Positions 8,683 through 20,309 of a stretch of DNA of 62,449 bases are shown here, piece after piece. Each line of letters starts with the position of its first letter. The first letter of the stretch is position 1. The translations under genes were made by a program, and so were the position numbers. Origin of the DNA: Methanobacteriota archaeon (GTDB lineage Archaea > JAADCQ01 > Methanopyri > Methanopyrales > Methanopyraceae); the NCBI GenBank assembly GCA_027064305.1, contig JAMOPY010000046.1:1-62449 (forward strand), written 5' to 3'. Below the pieces are notes generated by a model. That model saw nothing but the letters and a program-made list of their open reading frames with translations, searched no databases and was not told the origin of the DNA.

Positions 8683-9232
8683 CCCGCTTCAGGAGCTCCT
8701 CGAACACCTCCAGGTACTCGGGGCCCAGCTCCCGGGCCGTCTCCCGGGCCGATCGCACGAACTCCCGGTAGCCCCGGAACCCCACCCGAGCGTACTCCAG
8801 GGCCTGCAGGGCCATGTCCAGCACGTCCGCCAGCTTCGCCGCCTTCGCCTCCTCCGACTCCAGCCGCTCGAACTCCCGCCAGAGCCTCAATAACTCGTCG
8901 TCCAGCAGCTCCCGGGCGGCCCGCTCCTCGGCCCGGCGCTTCGCCTCCCCGTACACCCGGCTGGCCTCGGCGTCCAGGTCGAGGGCCACCGCCTCCGGTA
9001 GGTCGTGGACGAGCGCGAGGAGGACGGCCCGCTCCGGGTCCACGTCCACGCCGCGCTCGCGGAGTCTCCGCGACACCTCCCAGGCGAGCATCGCGGCCCC
9101 GAAGGAGTGCTCCGCCACGCTCTCCACGGCGCCGCGCGGGACGCCGCGCACCAGCCAGCCCGTCCTCAGCACCCGCTTCAGCCGGTAGATCGCCCTCAGG
9201 TCCAACGTCCGGGCCCCTGGGGGGCTGTTCAT
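8645..9232 (-). CDS. HD-domain hydrolase (YfbR/HDDC2-like 5'-deoxynucleotidase); start ATG 9232 or TTG 9205
   Basis: LKRVLRTGW, ESVAEHS, ALVHDLPE, ADVLDM within the 8645..9889 ORF. Confidence 0.85.
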   Translation of the reverse strand: MNSPPGARTLDLRAIYRLKRVLRTGWLVRGVPRGAVESVAEHSFGAAMLAWEVSRRLRERGVDVDPERAVLLALVHDLPEAVALDLDAEASRVYGEAKRRAEERAARELLDDELLRLWREFERLESEEAKAAKLADVLDMALQALEYARVGFRGYREFVRSARETARELGPEYLEVFEELLKRGGEREDPGEGPG

Positions 9233-9419
9233 GGGTCGTAGTGAGCTGCTCGCCGGGGTCGAGCTGTCCACCTCGGTCGTGTTCGGGGTGGTGGCCGGCT
9301 GGGCGCTCTCCCGGCACGTGCACTCCCGGACGTTAAAGGCGCTCCTGCCCGCGCTGGGCGCGGTGATCGGGTTTTTCGCCGGGATACTCCGCCTCGCGCG
9401 GGGGCTGTCGGAGGCGTGA
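9231..9419 (+). CDS. Small membrane protein (two TM helices)
   Basis: Two hydrophobic segments; stop overlaps the GTPase start (GTGA). Confidence 0.55.
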   Translation: MGRSELLAGVELSTSVVFGVVAGWALSRHVHSRTLKALLPALGAVIGFFAGILRLARGLSEA

Positions 9420-10000
9420 AGCGGGCCGAGGTGGAGGAGGTGCCGCGGCTGGAGCGGGGACGGTTCCGCGTCGCCGTGGTGGGGCCGGAGAACGCGGGGA
9501 AGTCGACCCTCGTGAACGCGCTCCTGGGCCGGGCCGTCGCCGAGGTCTCCGAGGTACCCGGCACGACGAAATCGGTCTCCGGGTACCGGTGGTCGCGGCG
9601 GGATGTGCCCCTGTACGTGTTCGACACGATGGGACTCGCGGACGAGCGAGGGCGTCGGAGCCGCCGGGGCGTTACGGCGGAGGACGTGGTGGAACGGCTG
9701 GGTGGCTACGACCTGGCCCTGTTCGTGGTGGACGTCACCAAGCCGCTCGGTCCCGAGGCGCTGCGGGCCCTGCACGTGATCAAGCACGCGGCCGACCTGG
9801 AGACGCTCCTCGTCGCGAACAAGATCGACCTGCTGGAGGAGGGGGAGCTGGAGGAGCGGCTGAGGGAGCTCCGCCGGCGGACGGGGCACCGGCCGATTCC
9901 CGTCTCGGCGCTGAGGGGGGACGGGCTGGACCGGTTGCTGAGCGAGATCGAGCGGCGGGTGCGGCGGAAGCGTCGGGTGCTCGCGTCGTCGCCCCGGTGA
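9416..10000 (+). CDS. Era-like small GTP-binding protein
   Basis: GPENAGKST, PGTT, DTMG, NKID, VSAL. Confidence 0.88.
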   Translation: MKRAEVEEVPRLERGRFRVAVVGPENAGKSTLVNALLGRAVAEVSEVPGTTKSVSGYRWSRRDVPLYVFDTMGLADERGRRSRRGVTAEDVVERLGGYDLALFVVDVTKPLGPEALRALHVIKHAADLETLLVANKIDLLEEGELEERLRELRRRTGHRPIPVSALRGDGLDRLLSEIERRVRRKRRVLASSPR

Positions 10001-10052
10001 GCGGTAAGGCTATCATCACGGGCGGGCGGCGGCCCCGAGGGGGGAGTGCCCG

Positions 10053-11135
10053 GTGACCGTGCTCAGGTCGGTGGACGAGCTGCGGGAGCTCAACCCGTTC
10101 GCGGTCGTGGGCGCCGGTGGCGGCGGGGAGAAGTTCGCGTCGCTGCCGACCGTGGAGGTCGTGGGGTTCCTGGACGACGATCCCGGCAAGGCGGGGATGA
10201 GGATCGCCGGGGTGGAGGTGACGAACGACTTCGAGGAGGCGGTGAGGGACGCCCGCTCCGTGGCGATCATGCTCCCGAAGGGGGCGGAGCACCGGGCGCT
10301 CGAGCTGGCGGTGGAGTCGATCCGACGCGGGCTGAACGTGGTGACCTCCTTCCGATCGCTCCCGCTGGACGAGTACCCGGCGCTCGTTCGGCTGGCCCGG
10401 GAGCGGGGCGTGCGGATCCTGGAGCTGAGCCCGCGGTTGGACGTGGTTCGGGAGGTGGCGGGGGACGCGCCGGAGCGGTGCACGGAGTGCGTTCCGAAGA
10501 AGGACGCGCCCGAGGCGGACGTGCCCACGGTGTTCGTCGGGGGTACCTCGCAGGAGTGCGGGAAGCGGACGACGACGTTGAAGCTGGCGGAGGGGCTGAG
10601 GTCGCTGGGTTACGAGGTGGCGACCGTGGGTACGGGCGAGTTCGCGGCGCTGGAGGCGGACGTGGGGTTCCGGGCGGGTTCCCTCTCCGTGATGGACGTG
10701 GCCTCCGCCGTCGCGCACGCCGTGGACCACGTGGCGGAGGAGAGGGACCCCGACGTGGTCGTCGTGGAGGGGCAGTCCTCCCTGACCGAGCGTCGTAACC
10801 CACACCCACGGCCTCTGTACCTGGGGATCCTGCTGGGGTGCCGTCCCGACGCGGTCGTCGTGTGCCATCGGCCCAACCATCCGTTCCGGTACCCGCGCGG
10901 GGTGGTGGACGAGATCCGTGCGATCCTGTCCCTGGTTCCCGACGTTAAGATCGCGGCCGTAAGCTTGAACCCGAAGAACCTCGAGGAGCCCGTGGAGGAC
11001 TACGCGCGCCGGCTACGGGCCAGGGTCTGGCGGGCGCTGGGGTCGCGGGTCCCCGTCAGGGACCCGGTGAGGGAGTCGGAGGAGCTGGCCCGGGACGTCC
11101 TGAGGGCGCTGGGACTGGAGGGTCGGGGGACCTGA
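10053..11135 (+). CDS. DUF1611 domain P-loop protein
   Basis: GTSQECGKRTT, VATVGTG, VVVEGQSSL, LLGCRPDAVVVCH. Confidence 0.82.
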   Translation: MTVLRSVDELRELNPFAVVGAGGGGEKFASLPTVEVVGFLDDDPGKAGMRIAGVEVTNDFEEAVRDARSVAIMLPKGAEHRALELAVESIRRGLNVVTSFRSLPLDEYPALVRLARERGVRILELSPRLDVVREVAGDAPERCTECVPKKDAPEADVPTVFVGGTSQECGKRTTTLKLAEGLRSLGYEVATVGTGEFAALEADVGFRAGSLSVMDVASAVAHAVDHVAEERDPDVVVVEGQSSLTERRNPHPRPLYLGILLGCRPDAVVVCHRPNHPFRYPRGVVDEIRAILSLVPDVKIAAVSLNPKNLEEPVEDYARRLRARVWRALGSRVPVRDPVRESEELARDVLRALGLEGRGT

Positions 11136-11136
11136 G

Positions 11137-11469
11137 TTGTTCCGCCTCCTCCGGCGCCTCCTGTCCGGGTCGGAGGATCAGGAGGCCGAGCCGCTGCCCC
11201 CGGATCTGGAGGAGGAGAGGGAACCGACCCTTAAGATCGTGGTCTCGCGCGTGACCGACGCCTCGGAGTTGGACGAGTTGATCGAGGAGCTGTACGACGG
11301 CAACGTGCTGATCCTGGACCTGGGCCCGCTGATGAGGCGCGGCGAGCACGAGCGGGCGGTTCGGGAGCTTAAGCGCACCGCGATCGGGCTGGGTGGGTTT
11401 ATAGGCGTCATCCGCGACACGGTCGTCCTGGTCACTTCGGACAACGTTGAGATCGAGAAGAGGGGGTAA
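11137..11469 (+). CDS. sepF: Cell division protein SepF
   Basis: LYDGNVLILDLGPL and GGFIGVIRDTVVLVT; usual archaeal position near ZPR1. Confidence 0.75.
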   Translation: MFRLLRRLLSGSEDQEAEPLPPDLEEEREPTLKIVVSRVTDASELDELIEELYDGNVLILDLGPLMRRGEHERAVRELKRTAIGLGGFIGVIRDTVVLVTSDNVEIEKRG

Positions 11470-11472
11470 ACG

Positions 11473-12432
11473 TTGGCCAAGCCCACGATCGTCCTGATCG
11501 GCGGCGCGTCCGGCGTGGGCACGTCCACGATCGCCCGCGAGGTCGCGCGCCGGTTGGACATCACCCACCTGATCGAGACGGATCACCTCCGGGAGGTGCT
11601 GCGCGGGGCGATCGACGAGGAGTACGCTCCCACCCTTCACATGTCCTCGTACAACGCGTACCGCGCGCTCCGGATCCCGAGTCACATGATCCCCGAGGAG
11701 TTCGAGGACCGCGTGATCGCGGGCTTCCTGGACCACGCGTCCATGGTCAAGCCGGCCATCGACATGGTGATCAAGCGGGCCGTGGAGGACGCGAGCGACC
11801 TCGTCATCGAGGGCGTGCACATCGTGCCGGGCCTTATCTCGCCGGACGATTACCCGTACGCGGACGTGCACATGGTGATCCTGTACGCGGACGAGGACGA
11901 GCACCGGGAGCGGTTCGTCAAGCGGGCCATGGAGAAGGGGCGCGGCGGCCGGCACCTGGAGTACTTCCGACAAATTCGAGTGATCCACGACTTCCTGATC
12001 GAGGCCGCGGAGGAGCACGGGATCCCGGTGATCAAGAACGACGAGATCGAGCGGACCGTGCAGGAGGTGATGGCCGTCGTCCGCAAGGTCACCCGGCTGA
12101 TTCGGTCCGTGCACCCGATCGAGGACTCGATCAAGGAGGCGAGGATCCTGCGAGAGCACAACTGCAGGATGATGGACGTCGGCTTCCCCATCCCCGGCAA
12201 GCGGGACGTGCTCAAGGTCACGTTCCACCGGGACCCCGTGGACGAGTGGCGGGAGATCCTGGATCGGGAGGAGAGCCGGGACTACTTCGAGCACCTGCAC
12301 TCGGCCTCAAACGACGTGCACTATCACCGGGTCACGGCGCCGGACGAGAAGGCGCTGAAGCGGGCGTTGGAGGCGCTGAAGGAGGCGGGGATCGAGGTGG
12401 AGGAGATCGAGCCGGGGAGTGACCGGGATTGA
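11473..12432 (+). CDS. 2-phosphoglycerate kinase-like P-loop kinase with C-terminal 3H-like domain
   Basis: IGGASGVGTSTIA, TDHLREVLR, IEGVHIVPG; C-terminal SVH...VHYH. Confidence 0.78.
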   Translation: MAKPTIVLIGGASGVGTSTIAREVARRLDITHLIETDHLREVLRGAIDEEYAPTLHMSSYNAYRALRIPSHMIPEEFEDRVIAGFLDHASMVKPAIDMVIKRAVEDASDLVIEGVHIVPGLISPDDYPYADVHMVILYADEDEHRERFVKRAMEKGRGGRHLEYFRQIRVIHDFLIEAAEEHGIPVIKNDEIERTVQEVMAVVRKVTRLIRSVHPIEDSIKEARILREHNCRMMDVGFPIPGKRDVLKVTFHRDPVDEWREILDREESRDYFEHLHSASNDVHYHRVTAPDEKALKRALEALKEAGIEVEEIEPGSDRD

Positions 12433-13088
12433 GCGAGAAGCCGGATGGCGAGGGCGGCGGGTCCGAGGAGGGTGATGGCGAGTCGTTCCGGTACCAAATG
12501 GAGGTGTCCGACCAGGAGTGTCCGGTCTGCGGTCGGAAGGCGCTGCGGGTCTACGGGAGGGTGGACGAGATCCCGCACTTCGGCCGGGTGCTGGAGCAGT
12601 TCATCCAGTGCGAGGCGTGCGGGTACCGGATCTCCGACGTGATGTGCCTGGAGGAGCGCGATCCGGCGGAGTACCGGTACCGGGTGAACTCCCCGGACGA
12701 CGTCAAGGTTCGCGTGATCCGGTCGCCCTCCGGCTTCCTGGAGATCCCGGAGCTGGGGGTCAAGGTTCGGCCGGGACCCGCCGCCGAAGGGTTCGTGTCG
12801 AACGTGGAGGGGGTCCTGCGCCGGATCAAGGCGCACGTGCGGATGGCGGCGAAGTGGGCGGACCGGGAGGAGGCCCGGGAGCGGGCCCGGGAGATCCTGG
12901 ACCGGATCGAGGCCGCGCTGTCCGGGGAGGATGAGATCACCCTCGTGCTGAAGGATCCCTACGGTCACTCGGCCATCGTCCCGGAGGATGAGGAGAAGCT
13001 GGAGGTCCGGCGGTTGGAGGAGGATGAGGTAAGGCGGCTGCGGAGCCTGATCCTAAGGGGCTCGCTCCAGGGTCGGGAAACTTTCTAA
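12429..13088 (+). CDS. ZPR1 zinc-finger protein
   Basis: [37 protein letters not shown]. Confidence 0.9.
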   Translation: MSEKPDGEGGGSEEGDGESFRYQMEVSDQECPVCGRKALRVYGRVDEIPHFGRVLEQFIQCEACGYRISDVMCLEERDPAEYRYRVNSPDDVKVRVIRSPSGFLEIPELGVKVRPGPAAEGFVSNVEGVLRRIKAHVRMAAKWADREEARERAREILDRIEAALSGEDEITLVLKDPYGHSAIVPEDEEKLEVRRLEEDEVRRLRSLILRGSLQGRETF

Positions 13089-13144
13089 TTCCACTCGCGG
13101 AGCCGCCGCGTTCCTCGGGGATCCGCGGCCGGGGGGAGCTCGCG

Positions 13145-13594
13145 TTGAACCTCAGGCCTCAGCGCAGGATGGCCGCGGAGATCCTGAAGTGCGGCGTGCA
13201 CCGCGTGTGGATCGACCCGGACCGGCTGGACGAGGTCGCGCAGGCGCAGACCCGGGAGGACATCCGACGCCTCATCAAGGAGGGCGCGATTCGGAAGAAG
13301 CCGATCAAGGGACAGTCCCGCGTGCGCGCCCGGAAGCGGCACGAGCAGAAGAAGAAGGGGAGGAGGCGTGGACCGGGTCGCCGGAAGGGCGCGAAGGGTG
13401 CCCGGATGCCGAAGAAGCGGCTCTGGATCCAGCGGATCCGACCGATCCGACGCAAGCTGCGGGAGCTGCGAGACTCGGGCAAGATCGACCGGAGCACGTA
13501 CCGGAAGCTGTACCTGATGGCCAAGGGCGGGTACTTCCGAGACACCTCTCACCTGCTCCAGTACATAGAGGAAAACGATCTGTGGAAGAAGTGA
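13145..13594 (+). CDS. rpl19e: 50S ribosomal protein L19e
   Basis: [20 protein letters not shown]; [10 protein letters not shown]. Confidence 0.97.
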   Translation: MNLRPQRRMAAEILKCGVHRVWIDPDRLDEVAQAQTREDIRRLIKEGAIRKKPIKGQSRVRARKRHEQKKKGRRRGPGRRKGAKGARMPKKRLWIQRIRPIRRKLRELRDSGKIDRSTYRKLYLMAKGGYFRDTSHLLQYIEENDLWKK

Positions 13595-13611
13595 CACGGA
13601 GGTGATTTTCG

Positions 13612-14214
13612 ATGGCGACCGGGCCGCGCTACCGGGTACCGTTCCGTCGGCGCCGGGAGGGCAAGACCAACTACTACAAGCGGCGGGAGCTGCTGAAGGC
13701 CGACGCCCCGCGGCTGGTGGCTCGGAAGACGCTGAACCACAACATCGCCCAGATCATCGACTACGCCCCGCAGGGAGACGTGACGCTGGCCTCGGCCCAC
13801 TCCATCGAGCTCCGGAACAAGTTCGGGTGGAAGGGCCACTGCGGTAACACGCCGGCCGCATACCTGACGGGATACCTCTGCGGGCTCCGGGCCCTGGACC
13901 GGGGGATCGAGCGGGCGGTCCTGGACATCGGGCTGCACCGTCCCGTCCGGGGAGCCCGGGTCTTCGCGATCCTGAAGGGGGCGCTCGACGCGGGCCTGGA
14001 GGTGCCGCACGGGGAGGAGGTGCTGCCCCCGGAGGACCGGATCCGGGGTGAGCACATCGCCAACCTGGCCCGGCAGATCCGGGAGGAGGACCCGGAGGAG
14101 TACGAGCGCCGGTTCTCCAAGTACCTGGAGCGGGGGCTACGGCCGGAGGAGCTGCCGGAGCACTTCGAGGAGGTGAAGGCTAAAATCGAGGAGGAGGTCG
14201 GCTCCGGATCGTAA
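13612..14214 (+). CDS. rpl18: 50S ribosomal protein L18
   Basis: [18 protein letters not shown]; NTPAAYLTG. Confidence 0.97.
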   Translation: MATGPRYRVPFRRRREGKTNYYKRRELLKADAPRLVARKTLNHNIAQIIDYAPQGDVTLASAHSIELRNKFGWKGHCGNTPAAYLTGYLCGLRALDRGIERAVLDIGLHRPVRGARVFAILKGALDAGLEVPHGEEVLPPEDRIRGEHIANLARQIREEDPEEYERRFSKYLERGLRPEELPEHFEEVKAKIEEEVGSGS

Positions 14215-14235
14215 AGTCGGTCGGGGGTGTGAGCC

Positions 14236-14919
14236 GTGGGCGCCCCTAGGAGCCTGGAGGAGTGGGAGCCCAAGACGAAGCTGGGTCAGATGGTGAAGGA
14301 GGGCGAGATCAAGACGATCGACGAGGTGCTGGCCCAAGGCTGGCGGATCATGGAGCCGGAGATCGTGGACTGGCTGCTGCCGGACCTGGAGGAGGAGGTG
14401 CTGGACGTCAACATGGTCCAGAAGATGCACAAGTCCGGTCGGCGGGTCCGGTTCCGCGTGACGGTCGTGGTGGGGAACAAGGACGGGTACGTCGGCGTGG
14501 GTCAGGGCAAGGCCCGTGAGGTGGGTCCGGCGATCCGGGCCGCGATCGACCGGGCCAAGCTGAACATCATCAAGGTGCGGCGCGGGTGTGGTAGCTGGGA
14601 GTGCGGGTGCGGTCGACCGCACTCCGTGCCGTTTGAGGTCACGGGCAAGTGCGGTAGCGTCCGGATCACGCTGAAGCCTGCCCCACGGGGCACGGGCCTG
14701 GTGGCGGGCGAGGCGGCGCAGAAGGTGCTCGAGATGGCGGGCATCGAGGACGTGTGGACGAGGACCACGGGCGGCAAGGGCAAGGGTGAGACGCGGACGA
14801 CGATCAACTTCGCGAAGGCCACGTTCGACGCGCTGCGGAACCTGATCTACATGCGGATGCGGCCCGAGGAGGCGGAGCGCCTCGGCATCGTGAGCGGCAG
14901 CGCCGAGGAGGGGGCGTAA
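14236..14919 (+). CDS. rps5: 30S ribosomal protein S5
   Basis: WEPKTKLG; [11 protein letters not shown]; [11 protein letters not shown]. Confidence 0.97.
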   Translation: MGAPRSLEEWEPKTKLGQMVKEGEIKTIDEVLAQGWRIMEPEIVDWLLPDLEEEVLDVNMVQKMHKSGRRVRFRVTVVVGNKDGYVGVGQGKAREVGPAIRAAIDRAKLNIIKVRRGCGSWECGCGRPHSVPFEVTGKCGSVRITLKPAPRGTGLVAGEAAQKVLEMAGIEDVWTRTTGGKGKGETRTTINFAKATFDALRNLIYMRMRPEEAERLGIVSGSAEEGA

Positions 14920-14922
14920 ACG

Positions 14923-15534
14923 GTGGCGGAGGCCGGCAAGGTACCCACCGGTCGGGTGGAGCTGGAGAAGCCGGAGACCGCGAGCGAGGCGGCGAGGAAG
15001 CGCGCGGAGACGGGTGAGGGCGTCAAGGTCAGCCCGGACGCGCGGGAGTACGAGCGCGCCACGAGGCGCCTCGCGGTGGTTCGGGTGCGCGGTCGGGTCG
15101 GGGTGCGGTACGACATCGAGGATACCATGCGGATGCTCAAGCTGCTGCGGCGGAACTGGTGCGTGCTCATCGACGACCGACCCAGCTACCTGGGCATGCT
15201 GCAGAAGATCAAGGACTACGTGACCTGGGGCGAGGTCAGGCCGGAGGTCGTGGCCGAGCTGCTCCGGAAGCGGGGCGAGCTGGAGGGCGGTAAGCCCGTG
15301 ACGGACGAGTACGTCGCCGAGCACACGGACTACGACGGTATCGACGAGTTTGCGGAGGCGTACTGCAACTTCGAGGCCGAGCTGGACGACATCCCGGGGC
15401 TGAAGCCGTTCTTCCGCCTGCACCCGCCGCGCGGCGGTTACGAGCGCGGTGGGATCAAGAAGCCGTTCGTGCTCGGGGGCGCGCTGGGGTACCGGGGTGA
15501 GCACATCAACGACCTGCTGATGAGGATGATCTAG
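14923..15534 (+). CDS. rpl30: 50S ribosomal protein L30 with N-terminal extension
   Basis: [38 protein letters not shown]. Confidence 0.95.
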   Translation: MAEAGKVPTGRVELEKPETASEAARKRAETGEGVKVSPDAREYERATRRLAVVRVRGRVGVRYDIEDTMRMLKLLRRNWCVLIDDRPSYLGMLQKIKDYVTWGEVRPEVVAELLRKRGELEGGKPVTDEYVAEHTDYDGIDEFAEAYCNFEAELDDIPGLKPFFRLHPPRGGYERGGIKKPFVLGGALGYRGEHINDLLMRMI

Positions 15535-15547
15535 GGGGAGTCCGACC

Positions 15548-16045
15548 ATGGTCGTTCGCCGGAGGAAGAAGTCGCCGAAGAAGTACCGCGGGTCGCGCAC
15601 GCACGGTGGCGGCCACCACCGGAATCGAAGCGGGGCCGGCAACCGAGGAGGCCGAGGAATGGCGGGTTCACACAAGCACAAGTGGTTCCACGTGATCAAG
15701 TACATGCCGGATCACTTCGGGAAGCACGGGTTCAACCGGCCCCCGAAGGTCGTGCGGGAGCCCAACACGATCAACGTGGGCGACCTGGACGCCCTGGCGG
15801 ATCGGCTGCTCGAGGAGGGGATCGCGGAGAAGGAGGACGAGAGGATCGTCATCGACGTCACCGACGAGCGGATGAAGCGGTTCGGCGGCCCGTTTGACAA
15901 GGTGCTGGGCGGCGGCCAGGTCAAGCGGCCCCTTGTCGTCAAGGCCCCGGAGTTCACGGACCGGGCCGTGGAGAAGCTGGAGGAGGCCGGTGGTGAGGCG
16001 GTAACGCTCGAGTCCGGCGGGTCCGAGGAGGAGGCCGAGGCGTAG
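15548..16045 (+). CDS. rpl15: 50S ribosomal protein L15
   Basis: [25 protein letters not shown]. Confidence 0.96.
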   Translation: MVVRRRKKSPKKYRGSRTHGGGHHRNRSGAGNRGGRGMAGSHKHKWFHVIKYMPDHFGKHGFNRPPKVVREPNTINVGDLDALADRLLEEGIAEKEDERIVIDVTDERMKRFGGPFDKVLGGGQVKRPLVVKAPEFTDRAVEKLEEAGGEAVTLESGGSEEEAEA

Positions 16046-16053
16046 CGCCCTCA

Positions 16054-16060
16054 TTTTTTT
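16054..16060 (+). terminator. Oligo-T terminator-like tract after rpl15
   Basis: T7 run 8 nt after the stop codon in GC-rich DNA. Confidence 0.45.
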
Positions 16061-16089
16061 CTCTAAAAAGCCGCCTCGGGTGGTAGGCG

Positions 16090-17466
16090 TTGTCCGAGGA
16101 GTGGCTGGAGCGGCTCCGGCCGATCCTCGAGCGCATGCCGGAGGTGAAGGTGCCGAAGAGGCACGTCCCGTTCAACGAGAAGCTGTTCAAGTACACCGGA
16201 CTCCCGCTCCTGGCGTACTTCGTCCTGTGCGAGATCCCCCTGTACGGGATGGCCCCGCAGGCCGTGGACTACTTCGCGAACCTGAGGGCCGTCATGGCGG
16301 GCAGCTTCGGGTCCCTGCTCACCCTGGGTATCGGGCCGATCGTGACCGCCTCCATCCTGCTGCAGCTGCTCGTCGGCGGTGACCTCCTCGAGCTGGACCT
16401 CACGGACCCGGAGGACCGGCGCCTGTTTCAATCCCTGCAGAAGTTCCTGGCCATCCTGCTCTGCTTCTTCGAGGGCGCCATGATGGTGTTCAGCGGGGCC
16501 GTGCCCCCGGCCGAGCCCAGTCCGCTGCTCGAGATCCTGCTCATCCTGCAGCTCGCGCTCGGCGGCATCCTCGTGATCTTCCTGGACGAGGTCGTGAGCA
16601 AGTGGGGAATCGGCTCGGGCGTGGGCCTGTTCATCGTCGCGGGCGTGTCCTCCCAGATCGTGATCGGCACGCTCAACCCGCTCCCCAGCCCGCAGCAGCC
16701 GGGACGACCGGCGGGCGCCCTGTGGGCGTTCCTGCAGACCGCGCTGCAGGGCTCGCCCGACTGGACCCTGCTGGCCCCCGTGCTGGGCGCGCTGATCACG
16801 TTCTTCGTCGTCCTGTACGTGGAGGGCATGCGGGTCGAGATCCCGATCGCGTTCTCCGGGATCCGGGGCGCCCGGGGTCGGTTCCCGGTCCGCCTGCTCT
16901 ACACGTCCAACATCCCCGTGATCCTGGCGACGGCGCTGTTCATGAACATCCGGCTCTGGGCGCTCGCCTTCCAGCGGATGGGCGTGCCCATCCTCGGCAA
17001 GCTGGACCCGCGCGGCCAGCCCGTCTCCGGTCTGGTGTACTACCTCTCGCCGCCCAACAGCATCGTGAAGACGCTCTCCGACCCGCTGCAGGCGCTCGGG
17101 TACACGATCGCGATGGTCGTGACCTCCACGTTCTTCGCCGTCCTGTGGGTCGAGCTGACGGGCATGGGCCCGAAGGACATCGCCGAGCACCTGCACCGGG
17201 CCGGGCTTCACATCCCGGGCTTCCGTCGGGACGTGCGCGTGCTGGAGAAGCGGCTGCGGCGCTACATCTACCCGGTGACCGTGATGGGTGGCGCCTTCGT
17301 CGGGCTGCTGGCGGCGGGCGCGGACCTGCTGGGCGCCCTGGGTGGGGGCACGGGCGTCCTGCTGACCGTGTCCATCCTGTACAACATGTACGAGGAGATC
17401 AAGCAGGAGCGGCTGATGGAGGCTCACCCGGTGGTGAGGAAGTTCCTGGAGCGAACCCTGCGGTAG
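16090..17466 (+). CDS. secY: Preprotein translocase SecY
   Basis: LGIGPIVTASILLQLL, KWGIGSGVGLFI, YTSNIPVIL, GTGVLLTV. Confidence 0.97.
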   Translation: MSEEWLERLRPILERMPEVKVPKRHVPFNEKLFKYTGLPLLAYFVLCEIPLYGMAPQAVDYFANLRAVMAGSFGSLLTLGIGPIVTASILLQLLVGGDLLELDLTDPEDRRLFQSLQKFLAILLCFFEGAMMVFSGAVPPAEPSPLLEILLILQLALGGILVIFLDEVVSKWGIGSGVGLFIVAGVSSQIVIGTLNPLPSPQQPGRPAGALWAFLQTALQGSPDWTLLAPVLGALITFFVVLYVEGMRVEIPIAFSGIRGARGRFPVRLLYTSNIPVILATALFMNIRLWALAFQRMGVPILGKLDPRGQPVSGLVYYLSPPNSIVKTLSDPLQALGYTIAMVVTSTFFAVLWVELTGMGPKDIAEHLHRAGLHIPGFRRDVRVLEKRLRRYIYPVTVMGGAFVGLLAAGADLLGALGGGTGVLLTVSILYNMYEEIKQERLMEAHPVVRKFLERTLR

Positions 17467-18054
<588 letters not shown>

Positions 18055-18055
18055 G

Positions 18056-18598
18056 GTGGTGCCCGTGGACTGGGGCTCCCTCGCCCGACACTTCTACCCG
18101 CTCGTGGACCCCTTCCTCCGGTACTTCGGCCCGGCCCTGGGCATGCTCGTCGCGGCCGCCATAGTCATCTTCTTCATCGACGTGGTGTACGAGCTCGTCA
18201 TCGGCCGGGAGGAGCTGGAGCGGATCCAATCGAAGGTAAACGAGGTTAAGAAATACCAGCGAGAGCTCGAGAAGGCCAAGATGCTGGGGGACATGGAGCG
18301 CGTTCGAGAGCTGGAGGAGCGGATCCGGGACCACGCGCAGGAGACGTTCGAGATCCAGTCCCGGGTCATGATGAAGAACCTCAAGGCCATGTTGATCACG
18401 TTCCCGCCCATCATCGTGATCATCTACACGCTCGAGTACCGGCTCGCGCACTGGACGCTCAAGCTCCCCTTCCACGTGCCCTTCGTGGGGCGTGAGATCG
18501 GTCCCGTGGGCTGGTACATCCTGTGCGCGACCGTCGTCTCCCTTCCCCTCAAGCCTTTAGCCGAGCTGCTGGTGTCCCGGGTGCGCGGGGGTGGGTAA
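18056..18598 (+). CDS. DUF106 / EMC3-TMCO1 (Oxa1 superfamily) membrane protein
   Basis: TM, coiled coil, TM layout with GWYILC; conserved position after adk. Confidence 0.85.
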   Translation: MVPVDWGSLARHFYPLVDPFLRYFGPALGMLVAAAIVIFFIDVVYELVIGREELERIQSKVNEVKKYQRELEKAKMLGDMERVRELEERIRDHAQETFEIQSRVMMKNLKAMLITFPPIIVIIYTLEYRLAHWTLKLPFHVPFVGREIGPVGWYILCATVVSLPLKPLAELLVSRVRGGG

Positions 18599-18600
18599 CC

Positions 18601-18957
18601 GTGCCCGAGCCTCGGTACCGCTCCCGATCCCGCCGGCGGGTGTACAAGCGGACGCCCGGAGGACGCACCGTGATCCACTTCGAGAAGAAGATCCCGAACT
18701 GGCCCAAGTGCGGCGCCTGCGGCCGGCGGCTGAACGGCGTGATCCGGGGCCGCAACATCGACTTCCGGAAGACGCCGAAGACCCAGAAGCGCCCCAACCG
18801 ACCCTACGGCGGCGTGCTCTGCCCGGAGTGCATGCGGAAGCTGATCAAGGACAAGGTCCGGTACAAGTTCTGGCGGCAGAAGCGCGAGCAGCCGTGGCTG
18901 CCACCGCTGCCCGGTGAGGAGCCGCCGGAGCCGGCCGAGGAGGAGTCAGAGGAGTAG
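18601..18957 (+). CDS. rpl34e: 50S ribosomal protein L34e
   Basis: [25 protein letters not shown]. Confidence 0.96.
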   Translation: MPEPRYRSRSRRRVYKRTPGGRTVIHFEKKIPNWPKCGACGRRLNGVIRGRNIDFRKTPKTQKRPNRPYGGVLCPECMRKLIKDKVRYKFWRQKREQPWLPPLPGEEPPEPAEEESEE

Positions 18958-18972
18958 ACGGGGTGCTTCCCG

Positions 18973-19545
18973 ATCGGCGTCGTCATCACCATCGGTGGCC
19001 CGCCGGGCTCCGGCACCACCACCATGGCCCGCCGCCTCGCCGAACACTTCGGACTCCGACACGTGTACGCCGGCCAGATCTTCCGGGAGATGGCGAAGGA
19101 GCGGGGAATGACCCTGGAGGAGTTCTCCCGGCTCGCCGAGGAGGACCCGGAGATCGACCTGGAGATCGATCGGAGGCAGCGCGAGGCCGCGGAGGAGGGG
19201 GACGTGGTGCTGGAGGGACGCCTCGCCGCGTTCGTCGCCGCCGGCGAGCTCGAGCACGTTCAGGGTCCGGACCTGGCCGACGTTAAGATCTGGTTGAAGG
19301 CACCCCTGGACGTCCGGGCGGAGCGCATCGCGCGCCGCGAGGGTATCTCGGTGGAGGAGGCGAAGCGCCGGATCCGGGAGCGCGAGCGGAGCGAGCTCAA
19401 GCGGTACCGGGAGATCTACGGCGTCGACCCCACGGACCTCACCATCTACGACCTGGTGCTCGACACCGCCGGGTGGAACGAGGACGAGACGTTCGAGATT
19501 CTCAAGGCGGCGGTAGAACCGGTGGTGAAGCGGGATCGAGCATGA
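18973..19545 (+). CDS. cmk: Cytidylate kinase; ATC start at 18973
   Basis: ITIGGPPGSGTTT (P-loop) lies upstream of the first ATG at 19024; GGGGTG SD precedes the ATC; AGQIFREMA, LEGRLA. Confidence 0.93.
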   Translation: MGVVITIGGPPGSGTTTMARRLAEHFGLRHVYAGQIFREMAKERGMTLEEFSRLAEEDPEIDLEIDRRQREAAEEGDVVLEGRLAAFVAAGELEHVQGPDLADVKIWLKAPLDVRAERIARREGISVEEAKRRIRERERSELKRYREIYGVDPTDLTIYDLVLDTAGWNEDETFEILKAAVEPVVKRDRA

Positions 19546-20309
19546 GGGTGGGCGTGATCGGGGGCACCGGGTTCCGGCCCGGGCACCCCGAGGGCACCCG
19601 CACCGTCAACACCCCGTACGGCCGCGTCCGGGTGGAGATCACCCGACTGGGGGACCGCAGGGTCTACTTCATCAACAGGCACGGGCGGGGCCACGAGCGT
19701 CCGCCGCACCGGATCGAGTACCGGGCGATCGTCTGGGCGCTCAGGGAGATGGGCGTGGAGCGGATCCTGGCCACCAACTCGGTGGGCGTGATCAACGCGG
19801 ACGAGTACGAGCCCGGGGACCTGGTCCTGCCGGTCGACTTCCTGGACTTCACGAAGAGCCGCCCCACCACCTTCTACGACGACAAGGTGGTGCACGTGGA
19901 CGTGACCGAGCCCTACTGCCCGGAGCTTCGGAGGGCGCTCCGGGAGGCGGCCGAGGAGCTCGGGCTCGAGCTCAAGGAGGGGGCGGTGTACGTGGCCACC
20001 GAGGGGCCGAGGTTCGAGACGCCGGCCGAGATCCGCGCCTTCGCCCGGCTCGGTGGCGACGTCGTGGGCATGACCGGGTTCCCGGAGGTCGTGCTCGCCC
20101 GGGAGCTCGAGCTGTGCTACGCGACCGTGTGCATCTGCACCAACTACGCGGCCGGGGTGGACGAGCGGCGACGGACGGTGGACGAGGTGTTCGAGCTGGT
20201 CGAGCGGCTGCGGCCCCAGGTGGTCCGGTTGATCGAAGCCGCGATCGATCGGATCCCGGAGGAGCGGAACTGCCCGTGCGCCCGGGCGCTGGAGGGCGCC
20301 GAGGTATGA
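19542..20309 (+). CDS. MTAP-family nucleoside phosphorylase, probably methylthioinosine / 6-oxopurine specific
   Basis: GVIGGTG, RHG, EGPRFETPAE, VGMT; CTNYAAG (Asn, not the DYD of MTAP). Confidence 0.9.
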   Translation: MRVGVIGGTGFRPGHPEGTRTVNTPYGRVRVEITRLGDRRVYFINRHGRGHERPPHRIEYRAIVWALREMGVERILATNSVGVINADEYEPGDLVLPVDFLDFTKSRPTTFYDDKVVHVDVTEPYCPELRRALREAAEELGLELKEGAVYVATEGPRFETPAEIRAFARLGGDVVGMTGFPEVVLARELELCYATVCICTNYAAGVDERRRTVDEVFELVERLRPQVVRLIEAAIDRIPEERNCPCARALEGAEV

